Assembly: GCA_012295275.1 (NCBI GenBank) | Contig: CM022670.1 | Coordinates: forward strand, 12,028,001-12,092,000 | Origin: Chrysomallon squamiferum | Taxonomy: Eukaryota > Animalia > Mollusca | Direction: 5' to 3' | DNA: 64,000 bases | Part shown: piece after piece, positions 1 to 13,545 of the stretch | Layout: every line of letters starts with the position of its first letter | Position numbering within the stretch: the first letter of the stretch is position 1 | Program-made: the position numbers and the translations under genes | Notes under the pieces: generated by a model | Seen by the model: the letters and a program-made list of their open reading frames with translations, nothing else | What the model was told of the DNA's origin: nothing | The model's database searches: none

Positions 1-339
1 TGTCCTTATTTATTAGTAGTTGTTGTTGTCATGACGGTGGTCGTTGTTGCTGATGCTTGTTTATTTCCTTCTCTCTCTGATCTATCTCTAATCGAAAAGT
101 GTCACATTCTGATAATTTTTACAGTGATAATATTTGATTAATTGTATTTTAAAAAATAACAGATGAATGCAAATCAGTGGTTAGGCGCTGATCAGACGTT
201 GGCAGTTTGCCCAATCAAATCGAATTATATCAGATTATGGACGTTTTATATGTTCCAGCAGAACCTAATAACTGTAACCAATATATATATATATATATTA
301 ATTTGGCATTAAATACATTATCATCATCTTCGTCGTCAG

Positions 340-935
340 CATTAATATTGTTATTAGTAGCAATAGCATGTCAGTAGTAGTAGTAGTGGTAGTAGTAATT
401 GCAGCCGCAGTTGGAGTCGTAGTAGTGGTACAAGCAGTAGTAGTAGAAGAAGTATCAGTAACAGTGGTAGCTGCAGCAATAGTAGAGTAGAATAGTAATA
501 GTAGCAGCAATAGTAGTTACAGTAATAACACAAGCAGCAATTATTATAGTAGTAGAAGTTGTAATATTAGTAATAGAATGGTACTGCGATACAAATTGTA
601 GAAGTTGTTGTGGTAAAGAGTTACTAGTTGTGGCAGTGGTGAAAATAATAAAGAGATGGTTATGTCAATCTATGACAGTAAAAAGAAGTTAACTAATGAC
701 AGATTTAAATACATTAAGAATTAATTTACTTAGAATTATTATTATTATTAGTAGTAGTAGTAGTAGTATATTATTATTAGTAGTAGTAGTAGTAGTAGTA
801 GTACTAGTAGTACAATTATATAGAAGTAGTAATAGTAGTAGTGTAGCAGTACCAGTAGTAGTTGTAATGATAACAATAGTGTAGATCTAGTACTAGCAGT
901 AGTTTATAGTAGTAGGATTTACAATAGTAGTATTG
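340..935. repeat. Degenerate (AGT/AGC)n low-complexity tract
   Basis: Runs of agtagtagt/agcagc; similar tracts lie at ~1920-2460 and ~5835-6180. Confidence 0.85.
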
Positions 936-3285
936 TATATACAGCAACCAGTCATAAACTTTTCCAAATAATTACTCAACTGATTATGACATTATATCCC
1001 ACATCGACTAAGTTAAGGTTACTGTGCCGTGTTATTCAACATTGTACTGGCCGTAAAACAAACTCCTGTTATGACGGCTGATGATATATGTATATGAAAT
1101 TATTTTCCACTGCTGCTTCGTTTTAAAATTTAATAATAAAATAAAAAAAAATAAAAAATAAAAAAAATGAAATACAATAAAAAAAAAAAAAGAAAAAATG
1201 AAATAAAAAAAAAAAAAATAAATAAAAAAAAATAAAAAAAATGATTATGTTTAGTATCTAAACACAAAACAACAACAACCCAATAATACCAAATTATGTC
1301 TTGTTCTTTTTATATTATTAGTTATCTGAGGCAGGCGAAATTTCGGTCAATCGATAACCCTCTTCGGGTATTAACGCCACTTGGATACATTTCAGTTTTA
1401 CGCTTGATCAAAGAACACGTCTGCTTCGACTGATACCGCAGAACAATGGCGGGATTATTATGTTTTTAACGTCTGCTTTTCAGAAATAAGTAATTACAAA
1501 GTTATTTCTTTTGTATCCACAATCATGCAAATGAATCGAATTTTGATTTATAGCACAAAGTTGACTTTGATTTTTTTTTCCCCTTATTTTTTTGTTTTAG
1601 TTTTTGTTTTTCATTTTTTTTCTTCTTTTTTTTACAAGATCCAGGAGATCGACTGAAATTTGATAGTTGAAAATTATTATGGAGGATTACAATAACCGAC
1701 ATCGTTCAAAGCTTGTTTTTGTTTTGTAAATAATTTCTGAATTCAGTGGTTCAAAAATGCATTTATTCTTTTTCGATCAATAATAACCGCATTACTGCTA
1801 ATGGTCCTGACTGAGTTTTGTTGGAAATAATTCAGAATGAGTAATTATTGAGTAAAGATAGTTGTATGTAATTTGATCATAAAAAATACATTTAATTTAT
1901 AATAACTGTAAGCAGTAATATTGCAGTTAGTATAATTATTTCACTGCCATAGCAGTAATGGCAGCTGTAGTGGTAGAAACAGTAGTAGTAGTAGTAGTAG
2001 TAGCAGTAGTGGTAGCAATAGTAGTAATAGTAATAGTAGTAATAGTAATAGTAGTATTAATAGTAATAAAGTGATACTGATGTGGTTGTACTATTGTAGA
2101 GGTAAAGGTAAAATACCAGTAGTACTAGTGATAGTAATATTAGTAGTGCTAGTAGTAATTGTAGTAACATTAGTAGTGCTAGTAGTAGAGTGGTAGTGTC
2201 GTGGTGATACTAACAGTATTGGTAATTGTAAAATAATAGTAGTGATGGTGGTGGTGTCGTCATTGTACTAATAGTATTGGCAAAGGTTAATAGAACAATT
2301 TTAGTTGTAGTAGTTATACTAGTTATAGTAACAGTAGTAGCAGTAGCAGTTTTAGTGACGATAAATGTAGTGTGATAGTAACAGTAATAGTAATAGTACT
2401 AGTAATGTAAATACCGGTAGTGAGGTGATGGTAATAGTGGTGGTGACAGTAATAATACTGGAATATTTTTGACTAAATTGACGGTTATTATTAACAGAAA
2501 AAAGGTGATGGTGTCATTTATGATAGTAAGAAGGAATTAACTGACAGGAATTAATTTACATTTCCTTTGTTAAACAGGTTAAGTCATGGACTGATCGAAT
2601 TTTGATTCTTTTGTCCTCTTTACTTGATTTTTCTTTCTGTTCTTTTTCTTTTCTATATATATATATATATAAAGAGTCGTGATTCCCTGGTTAAACGAGA
2701 AACTGATCGATGGAGAAGCAGGTTCTAATCTCCTTTTCCATGGCTTTGACCTTTTTACATGCACCAAGAAATGTGCACTATTTGCAATGGCACACGGCGA
2801 TTGAATCACAGGATGTGTTGTGGGTCGTCTCTTATCCTTCCACCCTTGTTTTGGGGCTCTTATTTTAATCCTGCTTTAATGATGAAGTTAGCCGTGGGAC
2901 GTGCATTATTGCTATCTCAGAACTGCTGCAACACTATTTTCTAGTTATGATACATGAGTGAATTTAACATTTATCATGAATTTATAACCATCCCTGGTGG
3001 ATGTGCGGCGCTTACCTTTCACACAATCTGAATGTACGCCTCTGATATCTATTACAATTGTAGTTATTGATTGATGTGTTCCGTAAACAAAACAAATTAA
3101 TCAGTTTTCGCTCTAGTTTCCGGACGCAAGACAATGATTTTTTTTTTTTTTTGATTGATTATGTTAGTGGTTAGAATGAGAAACACAATGTAGCGATGTT
3201 TTTGTATGTGTTTTTGTTTCGAGATATTGTGTATGTCTTAGTAATAGTGTATGCGAATGTTCCTGAATGTGCTATATATGTTGAT

Positions 3286-3287
<2 letters not shown>

Positions 3288-3375
<88 letters not shown>
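3288..3375. repeat. (TC)n microsatellite
   Basis: Perfect dinucleotide run; similar runs at 4590-4666, 7913-7969 and 59145-59194. Confidence 0.95.
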
Positions 3376-3381
<6 letters not shown>

Positions 3382-4585
3382 CAGTCTTTGTTGTACTTAT
3401 TTTAACTAATATTGGTGTGAAAATAAATAACTTCTAACCGTAAGACTCTTAGTCTAATCCAAAGTGCACACTAAGCCGAGTGAACGTTGTAAACTACAAA
3501 CATGTACAACTTTGTCACTGTCACCAGATATTTCATGCGTTAGAAATTTATCAAAAGAAATGACGAATATTTCTGATTTTTCTTTTTTAATTTCTATTTA
3601 ATATGCAAATGATGAACTTGAAATTTAAAATCATGAAACCACAATGTCAGCATGACATTGAAAAAAAGAAGAGTCAAGACCTTTACATACTGAGTTCACA
3701 CACATAACACACATACACACACAGACACACGCCCACACAGACACACACACACAACCACACATACACAGACACACACAGGCATACATATATATACATAGAT
3801 AAGCATCAAAACAAACAATCGTAAGTTCGTATGTACATACATTCTGTTCTCATAGACATACATACATAAACACACAAAGAGAGGCATTCACTAAGAGGCA
3901 TAGATATGAATAAAAATTACCTAGGCAAACAAACAAAATATATATATATATATATTATAATAATAATAATAACAATAAAGAAAAAGAAAAGAAAGAAAGA
4001 AATTATAATACTACTGAGATAGAACATGTAATAACATGGAAGCTGTACATATCAAACATTTGTAAGTGAATGTGACATCTACACTCCCTGAGGATTTGAA
4101 CCCAGGTCATCGTATTAACATTAACAATGACTCTTCTGTCGTACATTGTGAATGACCCAACAAAGAGCTTTTTTACGATACGTTTACATTGCTGTGGATA
4201 AAAAAAAAAAAATGTAGTATAAAGTATAAAAATAAAAATATATATATATATAAAAAAAAATTCCTCACCTCTATCGTTTTTATGCAGTCACGGAACGTTT
4301 ATTAAGATTTATAAAGGTAAAATTAATTTCAGTCTGACAGCCTGACGGTCGTAATTGTCATTTAGTAAATTGGAAACCCAAATCAGAAACGTGCCAAAAT
4401 CAACAAATCCATGCTAATTGGCGTAGCCTTGATAATAACAGTTACCATGACAACATGTAAACAAATTAACAATATCAATCATGAGGGATATAATGCAGGT
4501 CGTAAAAATAAGATAAATAAATAATAAATCGAGAGTGGGAAGAATAACTGCTATTTGTATCGAGATAAAAGTGTCGGACAGACAG

Positions 4586-4669
<84 letters not shown>

Positions 4670-4697
4670 AAAAGAGAGACCCCCCCCTCATACATAT

Positions 4698-4994
4698 ATG
4701 CAAACTCACAGAACAAAATAATAGATTCCGTTTAGTTTCGACTTAGGTTAATATTCATTTATTTGTTTATTTATTTATTCATTCATTCATTTGCTTGTTT
4801 GTGTGTTTGTTTGTTTGCTTGCTTTTATTTTTTAATTTGTTTTATTTATTTGTGTGTCTCGTTGACTGTTTGTTTTTGTTTTTATTTTACATTATTTAGA
4901 TCTGTAAGTTAGAAGGTTGTCTGACATACAGTATATTTCCTATGCTATGCATGTGCCGTGGTATTTGCTTTCCTGTAATATGATATGATATGAT
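4698..4994 (+). repeat. ~300-bp inverted duplication, left arm
   Basis: Reverse complement of 7626-7913; both arms abut a (GA)n/(TC)n tract on their outer side. Confidence 0.9.
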
Positions 4995-5172
4995 ACGTAT
5001 AAAATGATAACTAGCGTTAATCAATTTAAAAAGGTTGTAGCACTAAGTCACCAATTTCAACTCTTATTATCCATTCAGCTTCAAAAATTTATTTCAGTGA
5101 GACTATCATCGTAGTTACAAAGTTACAACAGCAACAAAAACTAAATAAAATAAGCTTGAAAATGTAATAATT

Positions 5173-5203
<31 letters not shown>

Positions 5204-5247
5204 TTTTTTTTTATTTATTTTAAAAAGCCTCTAAAAAAAAAAGAAAG

Positions 5248-5279
<32 letters not shown>

Positions 5280-5481
5280 GACAAAGGCAGAAAGAAAACA
5301 TGAATTCTCATCTATTTTATATCCGCCCAGTAACCATTACATCAAAGAAAATAGGTAAATTTATCACCTGTCCCTTGTCTCTTATTGTCTCAGTGAGTCA
5401 CCAGTCAAATACAGGGAATCTTTGATCTTTCTAAACACTTCAACTACTATATGAGAACAAAACAAAAACTAAATAAAATAA

Positions 5482-5512
<31 letters not shown>

Positions 5513-6649
5513 TAAAAATAAAAATAAAAATAAAAATAAAAATAAAAATAAAAAAAAAAAAAAAAAAATAAAAATAAAAATAAAAATAAAAATGAAATAA
5601 AATAAAATTAAATTAAAACTATATAAATAAAAATTGCCCCCACTTCGTTCTCATAAAAATGTAATTATGATAGTGAATAAAAAGAAAAAGAAGAAGAAGA
5701 AAAAAGACTTATTTATTTTATCTAGTTAAGTTTTAAAAGTGAACAAGAAAACTACACACGTTATAACATTTCAGCAGGTAATAACATGTAGAAGTATTTA
5801 GTTTCATGTTTATGTAAGTTATATAGAATTTAATAATAGTGCTAGAAATAGCAGTAATATTAATAGTAGTCGTAGCAGTAGACGTAATAATGATAAAAAT
5901 AGAAGTAAAAAATATTAGCAGCAGCAGTAGTAGTATATAGTAATAGTAGCAACATCAGTAGTAGTATTGTCATAGTAACTGTAGTAGAAGTCGTAGCAGC
6001 AGTAGCAGTAGTAACAGTAGCAGTACAAGTAGTAGTAGTAGTAACAGTGATGAGATATAGTATAAATACTAGTGTTAATAGCTGCCTTAGAAGGAGCTGT
6101 AAATCAGTAGAAGCAACTGTAAGCACGAGTAATAGTAGTCGTAGCAGCACTAATAACAGTAGTAGTAGCTGTAGAAGCTGTCGTTGACTGCTGTCGTTGT
6201 TTTGCTGTTAAGCAGAGTACTACAATGACGTTGTTGACTGTTTCTGAATCTGTTTAAAGCTCATTAATAACAAACGCACGTTCTACGAGATACGTAATAA
6301 TTTTAAAATGCGAGATGTCTGAAACAACAACTGTCAGTCACTTAGATAAAACAGCACAGTTCAGCTTATCTGTCAAAAACATTACGTATTTCCAAGTTTC
6401 CTCTTATTTAAATGATGTTTACTTTACCTGACTTCGTCTCTTGTGCTTAGATTAGTTAAGTGCTTTTTTTTTGACAATGTACTAGCTGATTAAGTAGGTA
6501 GGTACATAAAACACGCCTACGTTGTTGTTGTTCGGAAGGAAAATGCCGACAGAGTACGTGGTCACACTGTGAACAATTTGTACTCTGTTCATGACATAGA
6601 CTGACACATAACAACAACAACAATAAAAATAATGATCCTTATGATGATG

Positions 6650-6702
<53 letters not shown>

Positions 6703-7625
6703 GAGAAATGATATAGATAGACATTAGGGGGTCAGCTGTACTGAAAACGAATAATGAAGGATTATTAATATCTCCTAAATTGGAAAATATATAAAAACTG
6801 AAAATTTGTTTATTTTTGTATTTTTTTATTTTTTGTATTTTTTATTTTCTGCGGAATGCTTTTTAAAAAAAAAAACATTTTTGTAATCACACTTCATCAT
6901 AAAAAAAATAAAAAAATGTTGGACTATTTATTTATTTGTGTTGGTGTGTATTTATATATTTATCAAATATATGGAATAATCCAAGAAGAAGCATTTCCAT
7001 TATTGTCGCTAAAACTCAAGAAGAAAGAAATATTCACTGAACCAAACATTTCATATTATAAATAGACCTTTAAAAATTTGTTTAATAAGCAATTAGATTT
7101 GATCATTTGTTTTTGAAAAAATTTTTGTGATATATTTTTTTTTTAGCCCGGAAAATATCTTCCATAGAAGTGCAGAGATACACACACAGGATTCAGACAC
7201 CTGTGACAAAGTCTTAAGTATTCAGTGTTAAACTACTACAGAATCAAGCAAATTAATAACTCCTAGAGAGGAAGTAAAGACGAAAACATTTGTTGGATTT
7301 CACTATCGCGCTGTGAAAACAGAATCAAAGCTAATGCACGACGTTATGTCAACATGCCTCGTGTTCTGAACCTCAGCGTCACTAATTGCCTAAGTTATAA
7401 ATCTTTCTGTTCACAAAAGGCTTTTGTATTCTATGAAAACAAATGTTAGCCTTCTGGGTATATCTTTCCTGGTTATCTATTTTTGTTAATAGATAAAGAT
7501 TACTTTTTATCCGTGGATATGATGTGTGAGTTTCAGTATATTATTTGGATTATTCTGTGTATATGTGTGTATGTTTGAATAGAGTATTTAAGCTCGTCAG
7601 AATACATTATTAATGTGTAGGTCTC

Positions 7626-7910
7626 TCATATCATATCATATTACAGGAAAGCAAATACCACGGCACATGCATAGCATAGGAAATATACTGTATGTCAGAC
7701 AATCTTCTAACTTACAGATCTAAATAATGTAAAATAAAAACAAACCAACAGTCAACGAGACACACAAATAAATAAAACAAATTAAAAAATAAAAGCAAGC
7801 AAACAAACAAACACACAAACAAGCAAATGAATGAATGAATAAATAAATAAATGAATATTAACCTAAGTCGAAACTAAAGGGAATCTATTATTTTGTTCTG
7901 TGAGTTTGCA

Positions 7911-7913
<3 letters not shown>
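7626..7913 (-). repeat. ~300-bp inverted duplication, right arm
   Basis: Reverse complement of 4698-4994 with few mismatches. Confidence 0.9.
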
Positions 7914-7975
<62 letters not shown>

Positions 7976-8705
7976 TTGTTTGTTTATATTTCTGAAACAT
8001 AATCTATATTTTTTACGATTTTTATAAGACATCTGTTCCCAGAAGGGCCTCAGAAGCGACTGTAGTCGACAGTATTTCAAAAATTTTATCAAATTTTTTA
8101 AAACCTGTCATGGAACACTGCCATAGAAGAAGATGAGACCTCGTTCTGCTTGCAAAGGGCCCCCATAACTGTCCAAGCTGCAGAGCCCCAAAATACAGGT
8201 CCGTCCCTGAAGAGGATGAGAAAAATGATAATCGTCAACTTGATCTTCATGAAGACGTTTGTACTGGATTATTGCACAAGGGAAATAACTCCAGATACTT
8301 ATAAATACACAAAAATGCACGATTTATAAAGCCAGATTTAAAATCTTCTTTTTGGGAATCTATCTCAGAGTTTACTGAATATTATTTATAGAATGAAACA
8401 GAGATTTGAAAATTAGTTTATATAGAGAAATAAATTTAAAAAATATACATACGTCACAAAATTGGTATTTATGTCAGACTGCTTAATATAAATATATTAA
8501 AATACAAAATAATAGACTTAGATGACCAAATCAGAATATAAATTGAAACTATCAGTGATGGCAAGTCACTCAGTGAAATAAAAATATATTTTATATCAAA
8601 CACCAGTAATAATCAATACATGTTCTGTAAAGAACTGTATACTATATGAAACCGATAAAAAAAAAAAAAAATAAAATAAAAAATAAAATTAATAATAATA
8701 GCAAT

Positions 8706-8738
<33 letters not shown>

Positions 8739-8877
8739 AATAACAATAATAATAATAGAATAAATACAAATTACTTTTTTTGGTTTATGTCGTCTTTGCC
8801 CTAAATTTGTGTTTGTCCATTCACCGGTTTGTAATATAAACTGTTTATGTTTATATAGCAATTATATGTAATGAGAA

Positions 8878-8934
<57 letters not shown>

Positions 8935-9052
8935 AATAAATAACCGTAAAAGATAAGAAAAGTAGCGCGTGCTTTATTAGTTTTTTATTTTCAACCCGGA
9001 CAAAATTCCAAAAGGCGTTTAAAATCCTCTACACGGTGTTATGATCAAAGTC

Positions 9053-9063
9053 GAAACCGAAAC
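9053..9063 (+). promoter_or_regulatory. ISRE/IRF-E-like motif GAAACCGAAAC just upstream of the TRIM ATG
   Basis: Matches GAAANNGAAA; motif match only. Confidence 0.35.
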
Positions 9064-9081
9064 AAGGAAATCGCTATTACA

Positions 9082-10836
9082 ATGGCGGAAGCAGATTTTA
9101 GGACGTGCAGCATTTGTATAGAGCAGTTTAAAATACCAAAACTTTTGCCGTGTTTTCATACATTTTGTTGTAACTGTTTACAACAGTATGTTTTAAATTC
9201 TGGTGACAATGGAACATTTTCTTGCCCTGTTTGCAGATTTGAGGTCACTGTGCCCGAGGGTGGAATCGAAGAGTTTCAAACGAATTTCTATATTGAGGCT
9301 GAAGCTGAGAGAAAGGATTTTAATCCCACGACATCATGCGGTGTATGTTCAAATCCCGCAACGAGAAAATGTCTTGAATGCGAACAGTTCCTTTGTAAAT
9401 CATGTGCAGCCGTCCACAATTCTCTGGTAGGAACAAGAACTCACACAACTTTGAAACTGGGAGAAGTGAGTGAAGAAACTGAAATTATTTCCAAACCTAA
9501 ATTTTGTATAAAACATAAAGACGAAATTATAAGATTTTATTGCCGTCCGTGTGAGAAACCAATATGTCGAGACTGCAAACTGACGTCACACGAAGGACAC
9601 AAAACAGAAGATCTCTGTGACCTGGTCAATGATGCAAAATCGTCTTTGACAAAAACGAAGGCTGATTTTGAAATCTGTGTACAAAATACAAACGCCAGAC
9701 TCGACTTAATTAAAGCTCGAAGAATGAACGTGGAAAGGTCACGAACAGAAATACACAGAGAGATAAATAAGAAAACGGACAGTCTAATAACGCTGATTAA
9801 TGAATGTCGCCAAAATGAAATAGAGAGAATTAATGACGTTGCTCAAACTGAAGTAAAATCTCTCAAAGATAAAGAGTCCGAAAATCTGCTTAAAAAACGA
9901 AGTCTGCTGGCTCAGATTGATCACGTAACTACAATGCTGTCCACTGGTCTAGACGCAGATGTCATGACGACAGCAGTGGAAGTTAAAAAAGTGCTGCGCG
10001 ATGTTCAACATACCCACGAGATGGATTCTCCTTTTTATACTGAAACACCAGAACAGTTCATTCTGGAAGGTCAAAATTCAAGACAATGGTTAAATACAAT
10101 TGCTTCATTGACTGCCATTATGATCATATCACAGGCCAAGAATCTGCGAATAAAAAGGATAATTCATTTTACTAACCAGTTAGTAGATGTTATAGGACCA
10201 GTTTCAGATATCGACGGTTCTTGGATCAGTTGTATCTCTGCAGGAAGCCAGTATTACTTCCTATATCTGGTCAGTGTGGAAGGCAAAATAACGAAGAAAA
10301 TTATTGTTAATAAAGACAGATACAACCATATTAGACGAATGGGAATGAAAGGATTAGCAGTTATTCCGAGTGGAGAACCTTCTAACTGTGAGAAATGCGA
10401 GGTGAACAACGACAGCAAAGAAAAAAAACAAGTCAGTTCAGAAGATGGAGCACCGAAGATTTACACATTTACTGGGAAAAACACTCCCCTGTACGACACA
10501 AAGCCAAACGGTGTGCGTTGCCGTGTAGATTTTAAAAACAACTCTGTGGAAATAACTATGTCTGATGGAAAGAAAATAAGCTGTAACAAGGATGATGGAC
10601 TGAAATACCGAACTGAATTTTGCCCACGCGACGTCTGCTGGGGTTTGAAAGATGACATCTTCATCGCAGACTGCGGTTTGAATGTCGTTCATCAATATCA
10701 CGTGACAGAAGGTTTCAAAAACAGTTTTGTGATGAAAGATAAATCGTTTTCACCTACAGCAGTTGCTGTTGATCATGTTGGGAAACTGTGGATAGGTGAA
10801 AGTAATGGTCGAATTTCCATTTGCGATATTTATTGA
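9082..10836 (+). CDS. Intronless TRIM (RBCC) E3 ubiquitin ligase with C-terminal NHL-like beta-propeller segment (TRIM2/3/56/71-like), 584 aa
   Basis: C3HC4 RING (CSIC..LPCFHTFCCNC..CPVC), B-box1 (CGVC..CLECEQFLCKSCAAVH..H), B-box2 (CIKH..FYCRPCEKPICRDCKLTSHEGH) and a coiled coil. The C-terminus is NHL-like (PRDVCW..IFIADCGLNVVHQY..SPTAVAVDHVGKLWIGESNGRI). Start context is acaATGG and AATAAA follows near 10884. Confidence 0.93.
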   Translation: MAEADFRTCSICIEQFKIPKLLPCFHTFCCNCLQQYVLNSGDNGTFSCPVCRFEVTVPEGGIEEFQTNFYIEAEAERKDFNPTTSCGVCSNPATRKCLECEQFLCKSCAAVHNSLVGTRTHTTLKLGEVSEETEIISKPKFCIKHKDEIIRFYCRPCEKPICRDCKLTSHEGHKTEDLCDLVNDAKSSLTKTKADFEICVQNTNARLDLIKARRMNVERSRTEIHREINKKTDSLITLINECRQNEIERINDVAQTEVKSLKDKESENLLKKRSLLAQIDHVTTMLSTGLDADVMTTAVEVKKVLRDVQHTHEMDSPFYTETPEQFILEGQNSRQWLNTIASLTAIMIISQAKNLRIKRIIHFTNQLVDVIGPVSDIDGSWISCISAGSQYYFLYLVSVEGKITKKIIVNKDRYNHIRRMGMKGLAVIPSGEPSNCEKCEVNNDSKEKKQVSSEDGAPKIYTFTGKNTPLYDTKPNGVRCRVDFKNNSVEITMSDGKKISCNKDDGLKYRTEFCPRDVCWGLKDDIFIADCGLNVVHQYHVTEGFKNSFVMKDKSFSPTAVAVDHVGKLWIGESNGRISICDIY

Positions 10837-10900
10837 AAAGAAATGTGTTATCTGTAGTTATTTCTTCTTCAGTTTTATACGACAATAAATAAAATAATAA

Positions 10901-10932
<32 letters not shown>

Positions 10933-11591
10933 TATGTTTCCATTGTCAACAGACTAACCAAACACACTAATCAATTATTCAGATCTTTATATAATAATTA
11001 TGCGGTAGCATAAAAAAACCAGTGACCATCATACATTTCATTGGCTAAGATTAACGGATTACTCATGTATAATTATTTATTAAATAATTTTCCGAAAAAA
11101 GAAAAAAAGATATAAGAGAAACACATTTTTTAAAAAGGTGTTGACTTATAAAAGTATAATCAACCCCTCTATTTCCGCACTAGAATGATGTTACAAATCG
11201 GTAATGTGATCACCACGAAAACATATCAACAACATGGGAGTAAAAAGGGAACTCTTTTCTTTAAAAAAAGAAAGAAAAAAACTAGATCGTTTCACTGTCA
11301 GTGAATTTGATATTGCTCAGTTTGATTTATCTATTTATTTAATGAAACTTTAATGAAAAAAAAAAAAAAAAAAATAAAAAAATGATGCAGCTTATTTTGT
11401 TTTTTGTTTGATGCTGCTGTTGTTGACTTTTTGGGGGGTTTTAAGCGTGTATCGCTGAATCGGCAAAGATCTATAGTCGCAGCCAAACAGGTCTGTACAA
11501 AACCTGTAATAAGTACATTCATGTATGCAAGATGTTTTCATGGTTATCTTTTTTTTCTTTTCTTTTCTTTTTTAAGTAAGTAAGTAAGTAA

Positions 11592-11647
<56 letters not shown>

Positions 11648-12050
11648 CAAATCTAAGAAATTATAAAATGAAATAAAACATAATAAAGAATACCATTTAA
11701 TCAGTTACATAATACAATATCTAATTGTGTGTGGGATTGAAATAGTGAAGTATAATATGCATTATAGTTTTGATTGTAAAAGCTTGGATACAGAATACAT
11801 TTTAGGAATTTTTATATTTATATAGTGTCAGTTTTCTTGAAAAGTGCTTTTGAAAAGAACATTTTAGATTTCATAACACCATATTTTAGGAGAGGTGTGG
11901 TGTGCAATTAATAATAAATACACATGGATGAAATGTGGAAGCCTTTTTGAAAAAACTATCAACATCACATCATCAGTCTGATCCAGAACTGCTAACTGGA
12001 AATTGATATTTTAAAAAAACCTTTTAAATATTATTATTATTGTTGCTATG

Positions 12051-12091
<41 letters not shown>

Positions 12092-12482
12092 TGTTATTTT
12101 TATTATTTATTATTATTTAATATAATTTAATCAGTACATTATGCCTCTTTGATGGTTATGTAGAAATGAGGTTAAAGACAATTTTTTAACAAACTGTCTT
12201 TATCAATACATTACAATTTTTGTTTCAGATGGTCAACATTTATATATGTAATTTAAATCTATGAGATATATAAATTTATTATCTTTATCAGAACAGAGGT
12301 AAATCAGAATCTCAAATTGATAATAGAAATCTGACAGAAATAAGACTGACAATTATTAAAATGGTAAATAATGTCACCATATTCTTAATTCTTCTTTGCA
12401 GAAAAATATTAAAATTATTCAAAATATTAACTTCCACTTCCCCGCAAAAAGAAAATGTTTACTTACAACAAAAAGTGAACAG

Positions 12483-12515
<33 letters not shown>

Positions 12516-13545
12516 CTTCTGCAGATGTCGTCCAGTAAAGCTTTTTGTCAAAGTGACTTTTAATATCAAAGTGACTAATTCAGACATTTTTAGTGAGCCT
12601 TGGCTGTTGTTGTTATTATTATTATTATATACACACACATGAATCTATACCATTTTTTTTTCTCCCTTTTTCCACTTGTTTCTTTACTTGTGCTTCATCT
12701 TCTTTTTTTTTTATTAAAATTTTCAGACATTTTAAACTGTCTGTGTAGAATACCATTAGCCATGTTTCTCTAATTCACATTTTTAGTCAACCTTGTTATT
12801 TTTGTCTCTGATTCAGACTTAACACATAATGGGAGATTTTAAACCAGGCATGGCAGAGAAACAAGCTTCAGATCCCTTCCCATCATGTACTAACAATGAT
12901 TAATAAAAAACATCTAACACTGAAATACATGTAAGTGTTTTATTTCAACCTCATTGCAGTTTGCAAGAGATTTGTTATAGTTTATGGCAGGCAGAAACAT
13001 ATTAATTTGAGCAGACAAATATAATTAAATCCTAGTTTTTACTGAAATTATGTCATAGTATAACTTTGGGAAAACAAGCTATCTCAATACAAAAACTAAA
13101 ATACAGTTATATATATTAAAACATTCTAACAGGACAAATCCATGTTCAGCTGGAAGTTGCATTCAGTTTAGCTTTTTATTTGAAAACATGTATTTTCAGA
13201 TCGGTGTCAGACAACTGTTACAGTTTGAATAAAAGAAAGACAAACTGTTATTTTTCACTGAAGAAATATGATTAACAATGTCAGTAACATTAATAAAACA
13301 CTGAACATGGATGGACAAAGATCAGCTGTTGGCTTGCTCCAAAGTTCATATTGTATTACTATATCTAAACCAGCATTCAATCATCTCTCACAGAATTCTT
13401 TAACCAATAACAACAACTGTTAAATAAAGTGAAAATCCTACAACAGTGTCATGCCTTTTATCTCCTTTATCCTTACAGAGGATTATACAAAAAGTAGCTT
13501 AAAGCAGCTAAACAGTTTTGACATAAGTTGCAAATCTCAGACATC

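Noticed and set aside
2578-2944. Possible exon after an AG acceptor at 2577, and ORFs 2579-2809 / 2759-2944
   Set aside because: No recognisable protein and no consistent exon chain; may be a UTR of an upstream gene but this cannot be supported.
4081-4110. B-box-like GGTTCAAATCC on the minus strand
   Set aside because: No cloverleaf or clear A-box; at most a SINE remnant.
298-6724. Short ORFs rich in T, L, ER, SL or N
   Set aside because: Translations of microsatellites and low-complexity tracts.
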